NCBI GenBank assembly: GCA_014896255.1
Contig: JADBKT010000003.1
Coordinates: 3,660 to 67,659 of the forward strand
DNA length: 64,000 nucleotides
Source of the DNA: Hydrogenibacillus sp.
GTDB lineage: Bacteria; Bacillota; Bacilli; Thermicanales; DSM-22653
Direction: 5' to 3'
In this document: piece by piece, positions 57,982 through 64,000 of the stretch
Layout of the letters: every line of letters begins with the position of its first letter
Position numbering within the stretch: the first letter of the stretch is position 1
Notes under the pieces: generated by a model
Database searches by the model: none
What the model was told of the DNA's origin: nothing
What the model saw: the letters and a program-made list of their open reading frames with translations, nothing else
Position numbers and translations under genes: made by a program

Positions 57982-59436
57982 ATGACCGAAGGCACATCCC
58001 ATCCGCATGCCCATCCTTCTCCGGGGAACGCGTCGGAAAACGCCGCGGCGGAGCGGGCCCTCGAGTACCTCGCCGCCCATCGGGAGGCGCACCTCCAAGG
58101 GCTCCTTGACTTTCTCCGTTTAAAGAGCATCAGCGCGCTCCCCGCCCATCGGGACGACGTCCGGCGTACCGCTCGTTTCGTCGCCGAGGCGCTGAAAGAG
58201 GCCGGGCTTTCTACCGTCCGCATCGAAGAGACGAAAGGGCACCCCATCGTCTACGGCGAATGGCTCGGCGCACCCGGCCGACCGACGGTGCTCCTCTACG
58301 GCCACTACGACGTTCAGCCGGTGGACCCGGAAGCGCTCTGGACGACGCCGCCCTTTGAACCCGACATCCGCGACGGCAAGATCTACGCCCGCGGGGCGAG
58401 CGACGACAAAGGGCCAGTGTGGATGCACATCAAAGCGCTCGAAGCGATGATGAACACCGCCGGGAGTCTTCCGGTGAACGTCAAGGTGCTCATCGAAGGG
58501 GAAGAAGAGATCGGAAGCCCCCATCTCGAGCCGTACGTCGCCCGCCATCGGGAAGCCTTGCGCGCCGACGTCGTGCTCATCTCCGACACCACCCTGCTCG
58601 GCCCGGGACAGCCGGCCATCACCGTCGGGCTCAGGGGTCTCGCCGCCCTCGAAGTGCGGCTCAAGGGCGCGCGGGGCGATCTCCACTCCGGGCTCTACGG
58701 CGGCATCGTCATGAATCCCATCCAGGCGCTCGTTCAACTGCTTTCCACCCTCCACGACGCCGACGGCCGCGTGCGCGTCCCCGGCTTTTACGACGACGTG
58801 CGCCCGCTTTCCGCCGAAGAACGCGCGGCCATGGCCGCCCTCGCTCCGACGGAGGATCAACTCCTCTCCGAACTCGACGTGCCGGCGCTCTTCGGCGAGG
58901 CCGGGTATACGCCCCTGGAACGCAACTGGGCCCGCCCGACGTTGGAACTGAACGGCATCTTCGGCGGATTTCAAGACGAAGGGATCAAGACCGTCATCCC
59001 GTCCACGGCCGGGGCGAAGATCAGTTGCCGCCTCGTCCCCGACCAAGATCCGAAGCGCATTCAGGCGCTCATCGCCGACCACCTGCGGCGGCACACCCCG
59101 CCCGGCGTGACGCTGGAGGTGACCTTCTTCGACACCGGACGCCCCTTCCTCGCCCCGGCCGACCATCCGGCCGTTCAGGCGGCGGCAGACGCTTTGTCCC
59201 AAGCCTACGGGAAAGAGACCGCCTTCATCCGCATGGGCGGCTCCATTCCCATCGTCGAAGCGTTCGACCGCCTGCTCGGCGCCCCCATCGTGCTCATGGG
59301 CTTCGGACTGCCGACGGAAAACTTCCACGCGCCGGACGAACACTTCCACCTGGAAAACTACGACCGCGGCCTGGAAGCATTGGTCCGGTCGTTCTACGCT
59401 TTCCCCGAAACGCTCCGCACGGCCCCGTCGGTTTAG
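57982..59436 (+). CDS. M20 family metallo-dipeptidase (ArgE/DapE/CNDP-like)
   Basis: YGHYDVQP, ARGASDDKG, EGEEEIGS, DLHSG, NFHAPDE. Confidence 0.92.
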   Translation: MTEGTSHPHAHPSPGNASENAAAERALEYLAAHREAHLQGLLDFLRLKSISALPAHRDDVRRTARFVAEALKEAGLSTVRIEETKGHPIVYGEWLGAPGRPTVLLYGHYDVQPVDPEALWTTPPFEPDIRDGKIYARGASDDKGPVWMHIKALEAMMNTAGSLPVNVKVLIEGEEEIGSPHLEPYVARHREALRADVVLISDTTLLGPGQPAITVGLRGLAALEVRLKGARGDLHSGLYGGIVMNPIQALVQLLSTLHDADGRVRVPGFYDDVRPLSAEERAAMAALAPTEDQLLSELDVPALFGEAGYTPLERNWARPTLELNGIFGGFQDEGIKTVIPSTAGAKISCRLVPDQDPKRIQALIADHLRRHTPPGVTLEVTFFDTGRPFLAPADHPAVQAAADALSQAYGKETAFIRMGGSIPIVEAFDRLLGAPIVLMGFGLPTENFHAPDEHFHLENYDRGLEALVRSFYAFPETLRTAPSV

Positions 59437-59449
59437 GCGGGGCTTTTTT
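59422..59449 (+). terminator. Intrinsic terminator after the dipeptidase gene
   Basis: GCCCCGTC-loop-GGCGGGGC followed by TTTTTT. Confidence 0.75.
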
Positions 59450-59451
59450 CG

Positions 59452-60945
59452 TCATTCACGATGCCCGCCTCCGGACTCCCCCCGATCTTCCGGCGCACCG
59501 CCGGTCCACACGATCGGCAACCGAAGCGTCACCGTCGTCCCTTCGCCTTCCCGGCTGTCGACGTCGAGCGCACCGCCGTGCGCCTCGGCGACCGCGCGGA
59601 CGATGGAGAGGCCAAGACCCGTTCCCGGGCGGGAAAGCGCGTTCGAGGCGCGGTAAAAGCGCTCCGCGACATGCGCAAGATCGTCCGCCGGAATGCCGAT
59701 GCCGGTATCCTGCACCTTTACGACGAGCGCCTCCCCGTCCACGCAGCCGCGCACCGTCACGTTTCCGCGATCCGTATACTTCAGCGCATTTTCCACCAAG
59801 AGTTCCACGGCCGAGGCCAGCGCCTCCGGACGGCCCCGCCCGACCAACGGCGTATGGCCTTCCTTGCATTTCAGCCGCTCCTGAGCGACGAGCGCCACCT
59901 CCGAACGCCTTCCGGCATAACGCCGGACAAGGCGCGCGACGAGCGCCTCGTACCAGGCGCCCACGTCGAACGTCACCTGCTCCTCCCCGCGGGACGCATC
60001 GGCCCGCGCCAGCGCGAGAAGCTGTTCGGTCAGCGAGACCATGCGCTCCACATCGTCCGCCAAATCGGCGAGCACTTCCTGAACGTCGTTCGACGGCACA
60101 TCCGGCAGGGAGAGCATGTGCCGAAGAAACTCCAAATTGCCGCGCATGGCCGTAAGCGGCGTCCGAAGCTCGTGGGAAGCATCGGCGATGAACCGTTTTT
60201 GCGCCTTGAGCGTCTCCGCCAAACGGCGGTAGGCCGCATCCAGCCGCTCCAACATGGCGTTGATCTGAGCGACGAGTTCCTGCACCTCAGCCGTTTTCCC
60301 CCTCGACGACACCCGTCGGCTGAGATCGTCGCCGCTTTGGATGTCCGCCACCGTCTTGATGAGCACGCCCAGCGGCTGAAGCTCCCGGCCCACGACGACG
60401 TACGTCACCCCGGCGACCGCGACAACGAGAAACAGCATGGCCGAGGCGAGCGCGAGCCGCAAATTGAACAGCGTCCGCTCAAGCGGCGCCAGCGAACCGG
60501 CCACGGTAATGAGGCCGATCGGACGACCGTCGACGTTGATCGGCGCCGCATAGAGGCGTAGCGGATGACGGTCGACGATCACCGTCGTATACACGCTCCG
60601 CCCGTTCTGCACGGCGCCGATGAGTGCCGCATCGATCGGCAGCCGAAATCCTTCCAGCGATGAAGAGCGGGCCACGACGCGGCCGTCCAAACGCCGGATC
60701 TCGATCATCGTATTGGGAAACGTAAAGACGTCCACATCCGGCAAAATGACTTCCTGATACGGAAAAAAAAGCGGTTCACTTACCCGTACCGACCGCAAGA
60801 CCTCGAGCGCCGTCCGCTTGAGCCCCTCGTCCATCGCCGTCTTCTCCCGCGTTTCAAATTGCAAGTACAAGCCGCCGCCCACCGCCGTAAGCATGAGCGT
60901 CAAAGCCAGCGACAAAAAGAGCACCAGCCGCAGGCGGAGACTCAT
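59452..60945 (-). CDS. Sensor histidine kinase (2 TM, HAMP, HisKA, HATPase)
   Basis: FIADASHELRTP, LVENALKY, DTGIGI, GTGLGL. Confidence 0.93.
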   Translation of the reverse strand: MSLRLRLVLFLSLALTLMLTAVGGGLYLQFETREKTAMDEGLKRTALEVLRSVRVSEPLFFPYQEVILPDVDVFTFPNTMIEIRRLDGRVVARSSSLEGFRLPIDAALIGAVQNGRSVYTTVIVDRHPLRLYAAPINVDGRPIGLITVAGSLAPLERTLFNLRLALASAMLFLVVAVAGVTYVVVGRELQPLGVLIKTVADIQSGDDLSRRVSSRGKTAEVQELVAQINAMLERLDAAYRRLAETLKAQKRFIADASHELRTPLTAMRGNLEFLRHMLSLPDVPSNDVQEVLADLADDVERMVSLTEQLLALARADASRGEEQVTFDVGAWYEALVARLVRRYAGRRSEVALVAQERLKCKEGHTPLVGRGRPEALASAVELLVENALKYTDRGNVTVRGCVDGEALVVKVQDTGIGIPADDLAHVAERFYRASNALSRPGTGLGLSIVRAVAEAHGGALDVDSREGEGTTVTLRLPIVWTGGAPEDRGESGGGHRE

Positions 60946-61625
60946 CGGTCTGCCTCCTTCAGCACATAACCGGCGCCGCGGACGGTATGGATCAACCGCG
61001 CTCGTCCGCCTTCTTCAAGCTTTTGCCGCAGTTGGGCGACATACACTTCGACGACGTTCGCATCGACCGTCGCCTCCGGCCCCCACAGCCGGGCGAGGAG
61101 CATTTCTTTGGACAGCACCTGCTCCGGGTGCTCCAGAAAATAAGCCAAAAGATCAAACGCTTTGCCGGAAAGCGCCACCGGCATCCCGGCCCGCTCCACG
61201 CGCCGGGCGCCGAGATCGAGCACGACGTCGGCGTAGCGAAGAACGCCGCGCTGGGAAAGTACCGCCTGTCGCCTCAGCTGGGCGCGCATCCGGGCAATGA
61301 GCTCCGACAGATGAAAGGGCTTGGTCACGTAATCGTCCGCCCCCCGCTCCAGACCGAACACCCGCGCCTCCACCTCGTCTCGGGCGGTCAGCATGATCAC
61401 CGGAAGCGCGCGGTTTTCTTCCCGGATGTCGCGGAGCAATTGAAAACCGTCCCCATCCGGCAAACGGACGTCGAGCAAAACCAGATCGAACGCCTCTTTG
61501 GCCAGCGCTTCCCGGGCACTCTCGGCATTTTCCGACAAGCGCACGGCAAACCCTTCATACTCGAGCGCGCGTTTCAACATGCTCCGGATTTTCGGATCAT
61601 CGTCGACCACGAGCACCGTCGCCAC
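60942..61625 (-). CDS. OmpR-family response regulator
   Basis: VLVVDDD, LDVRLP, GADDYVTKPF, HTVRGAGY. GTG start after a GGAGGTG RBS. Confidence 0.93.
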   Translation of the reverse strand: MATVLVVDDDPKIRSMLKRALEYEGFAVRLSENAESAREALAKEAFDLVLLDVRLPDGDGFQLLRDIREENRALPVIMLTARDEVEARVFGLERGADDYVTKPFHLSELIARMRAQLRRQAVLSQRGVLRYADVVLDLGARRVERAGMPVALSGKAFDLLAYFLEHPEQVLSKEMLLARLWGPEATVDANVVEVYVAQLRQKLEEGGRARLIHTVRGAGYVLKEADR

Positions 61626-61781
61626 CCGTTTCACCTCCGCACCGCACCGTGAATCGGTTGCCATATGTACTCGAGCGCCCGAACCGTATCGTATCCATCC
61701 GCATCGTATCAAAAAAACGGCGGCCTTTCTCGGCCGCCGTTTTGCTTTATCGGTCACCGACACCGCCTGCGCCAAGCGGCG

Positions 61782-62975
61782 TCAATTGTAACTTTTCTCC
61801 CCGATGCGCACATCCAGCGGGGTAAGCTTGCCGTCCCGCATGACGAGCACCTTTTTGACCTGGCCGACCTTGGACTTCTGGATCAAATCGACGAGCGACT
61901 GCGCGTCGGTCACGTTTTGCCCGTCGAACTGAACGATGACGTCGTACGGCTGAATACCGGCCTTGGCCGCCGGGCTCCCGTCAAAGACTTGCGTCACGAT
62001 CGCGCCCTTGGTCGTGGAGATGCCGAGATAGTTGGCGATGTCCTGCGTCATGTCCTGGACGCCGATCCCCACCCACGGCCGCGACACCTTGCCGTTGGTA
62101 AGGAGATCGTTCAACACTTCCTTCACCGAATCGCTGGGGACGGCAAAACCGATGCCCTGCCCTTGGGCACTCACCGCCGTGTTGATGCCGATCACCTGCC
62201 CGTTGAGGTTCAAAAGCGGCCCGCCGCTGTTGCCGGGGTTGATCGAAGCATCCGTTTGCAGGAGATTCTTAAACTGCTTCCCTTCGACCGTGAGCGGACG
62301 CCCCTTGGCGGAAAGCACGCCGACCGTCACGGTGTGATCGAGCCCGAAGGGGTTGCCGATGGCCACAACCCAGTCCCCGACTTCCATCTTCTCCGAGTCG
62401 CCGAGGGCGAGATACGGAAACGGCCCTTTCCCCTCGACCTTGAGCACCGCCAGATCGAGCTCCGGATCGCGTCCGACGACTTTGGCCGAAAGCGGATCTT
62501 TGCGTTCGGACATATAGACCTTGATATCACTCGCCCCGTCGATCACGTGGTTGTTCGTCAGAATCGTCCCGTCATCGGAGATGAAAAACCCCGAACCGAT
62601 CGAGCCGCTCGGCTGGTTCGGCACCGGAACGCTGAACGGAAACGGACCGAAGAAAAAGTCCTGCGCATTCGGTGCGCCGCGCGCCGGAATCTTCGTCTCG
62701 ATGCGCACCACGGCCGGCCCGGCCTTCTTCACCATCTCGGCGATGATGCTGCTCCCTGAGCCCGCCTGCGGAATGATCGGCGCCACCGCCGCCTTGCCGT
62801 CGCCGACGGTGCCGCTCGCCGGCGCCGCCGTACCGCCCGCCGTAGGCGGCTCACCGCCCGGTTCGGCATACGACGGCCCGAAGGGCCCGCCGGCGCGGCC
62901 GAACCAAAACCCGCCGGCAAACAACAACCCCGCCAAAAAGGCCAACAACACCGCTTTTCCGCTGAACCGTTTCAT
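61782..62975 (-). CDS. htrA: HtrA/DegP-like serine protease with one PDZ domain
   Basis: N-terminal TM, GSGF, TNNHV, DLAVLK, QTDASINPGNSGGPL, PDZ (GSPAAKAG). Confidence 0.92.
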   Translation of the reverse strand: MKRFSGKAVLLAFLAGLLFAGGFWFGRAGGPFGPSYAEPGGEPPTAGGTAAPASGTVGDGKAAVAPIIPQAGSGSSIIAEMVKKAGPAVVRIETKIPARGAPNAQDFFFGPFPFSVPVPNQPSGSIGSGFFISDDGTILTNNHVIDGASDIKVYMSERKDPLSAKVVGRDPELDLAVLKVEGKGPFPYLALGDSEKMEVGDWVVAIGNPFGLDHTVTVGVLSAKGRPLTVEGKQFKNLLQTDASINPGNSGGPLLNLNGQVIGINTAVSAQGQGIGFAVPSDSVKEVLNDLLTNGKVSRPWVGIGVQDMTQDIANYLGISTTKGAIVTQVFDGSPAAKAGIQPYDVIVQFDGQNVTDAQSLVDLIQKSKVGQVKKVLVMRDGKLTPLDVRIGEKSYN

Positions 62976-63055
62976 CGGCCTCACCTCTTCCAAAACTTGG
63001 ATTTCCCGTTTCCTTCGCCTCTTGGATGTCTTCGCCTATGATTCAACCAAAGGAA

Positions 63056-63083
63056 ACTGAAACCAAGCTGAAGAAAATGTGAC
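63056..63083 (-). promoter_or_regulatory. Putative OmpR-family operator upstream of htrA
   Basis: GTCACA, TTCAGC and TTCAGT at exact 11 bp spacing. Confidence 0.45.
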
Positions 63084-63103
63084 AAATCGGTGAACGCCGT
63101 CCT

Positions 63104-63901
63104 TCAGCGTGACAGCACGGCCCACAGCACCGCCACCAGGATCAACCGGTAGACGGCAAAGGGAATGAGGCCGAAGCGCTTCAACAGGTTCAAAAACGTG
63201 ACCACCGCCGTCATGGCGAAAACGAACGCCGCAAAAAAGCCCGTAAGCAAAAGGCCCCAATCCCCGGGGTGGATGATGTCCCAACTTTTCACCAGGTCGA
63301 GTCCGACGGCCCCGAACATCACCGGCACGGCGACGAGAAAAGAGAACTCCGCCGCCGCCCGGCGCCCGGTGCCGACGAGGAGCCCTCCGCTGATCGTCGC
63401 CCCGGAGCGGGAAAAGCCCGGGTACAGGGCGAGCGACTGAAACATCCCGATCCAAAACGCCTGCGCATAGGTGATGTCATCCAGCGTCTTACGATCGTCC
63501 TGTCGCCGTCGGCTTTGCCATTCCGCCCCGATCATGAGCAGTGCACCGACGAGTAAGCCGTAGACGACCGTCTGCGGCGAAAACAGACGGTTCTTAATGA
63601 AATCGTGCAGCAAAAAACCGAACGCCGCCGCCGGCAACACGCCCAACGCCAGATGCACGATGTTCAGTTTTTTGTCCGTGAGGTTCGGTATGGTCAAAAA
63701 GCTTAAAAAACGGCGGAAATACAGCACGATGATCGCCAAAATCGCCCCAAGTTGGATGAAAATGTCGAACGTATTCGCCAGATCGCCGGTAAACCCGAGC
63801 CAATGCCCGACCAAAATCAAGTGTCCCGTCGACGAAACGGGCAAAAATTCCGTCAACCCCTCCAGCGCGCCCAACAACACCGCAATCCAGAACAACGACA
63901 A
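63104..63901 (-). CDS. uppP: Undecaprenyl-diphosphate phosphatase UppP/BacA
   Basis: EGLTEFLPVSSTGH, IQLGAILA, PGFSRSGATI, AAEFSF. Confidence 0.96.
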   Translation of the reverse strand: MSLFWIAVLLGALEGLTEFLPVSSTGHLILVGHWLGFTGDLANTFDIFIQLGAILAIIVLYFRRFLSFLTIPNLTDKKLNIVHLALGVLPAAAFGFLLHDFIKNRLFSPQTVVYGLLVGALLMIGAEWQSRRRQDDRKTLDDITYAQAFWIGMFQSLALYPGFSRSGATISGGLLVGTGRRAAAEFSFLVAVPVMFGAVGLDLVKSWDIIHPGDWGLLLTGFFAAFVFAMTAVVTFLNLLKRFGLIPFAVYRLILVAVLWAVLSR

Positions 63902-63947
63902 CGTTCAACGCACTCCCTTCGTCTCTCCGGAGGGCATTACCGCCGGC

Positions 63948-64000
63948 TTATCCGCCTTTCGACGCCTTTTCGATCGCCTGCCGGATGGCCCGGGCCGCCT
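63948..64000 (-). CDS. 3' end of an unidentified CDS entering from the right edge
   Basis: Frame reads ...AARAIRQAIEKASKGG* with TAA at 63948-50. Too short to identify. Confidence 0.35.
   Translation of the reverse strand, partial: AARAIRQAIEKASKGG

Overview
A 64 kb, GC-rich (roughly 65% by eye) chromosomal segment from a spore-forming member of the Bacilli. The gene content suggests a thermophilic aerobic H2 oxidiser such as Hydrogenibacillus; this is inferred and not confirmed. From left to right: (1) a minus-strand group 2a (Huc/HupSL-type) [NiFe]-hydrogenase operon, DUF1641-hypA-hypB-hucS-hucL-protease-small ORF-TPR protein-partial ORF, running off the left edge; (2) mqnC-bshC-bshA; (3) the conserved Bacillales core block on the minus strand: dnaE, malic enzyme, accDA, pfkA, pyk, thioesterase, citZ-icd-mdh, SDR, phoPR-phoU-polA-mutM-coaE-slt, gapB, pstSCAB1B2, nrdR-SBP-dnaB-dnaI; (4) sporulation genes: ytrHI, yheA, and an operon of five YheC/D ATP-grasp paralogues with a GNAT; (5) NlpC/P60, a proline T-box with proC and an M20 peptidase, htrA-RR-HK, and uppP. 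No rRNA, tRNA, CRISPR array or mobile element was recognised. Four observations stand out. The hydrogenase large subunit stays open for 542 codons yet has four short frameshifted segments that each return to frame, one of which takes the Ni-binding DSCLVCTVH motif out of frame. A DUF1641 gene heads the Huc operon and is a candidate quinone-channelling membrane adaptor. Five motif-intact ATP-grasp ligases plus an acetyltransferase sit behind a sigmaK-like promoter. Several regulatory elements can be read directly from the sequence (Pho box, CcpN box, sigmaE and sigmaK promoters, Pro T-box). Many start codons in the supplied ORF track were moved to the RBS-supported start.
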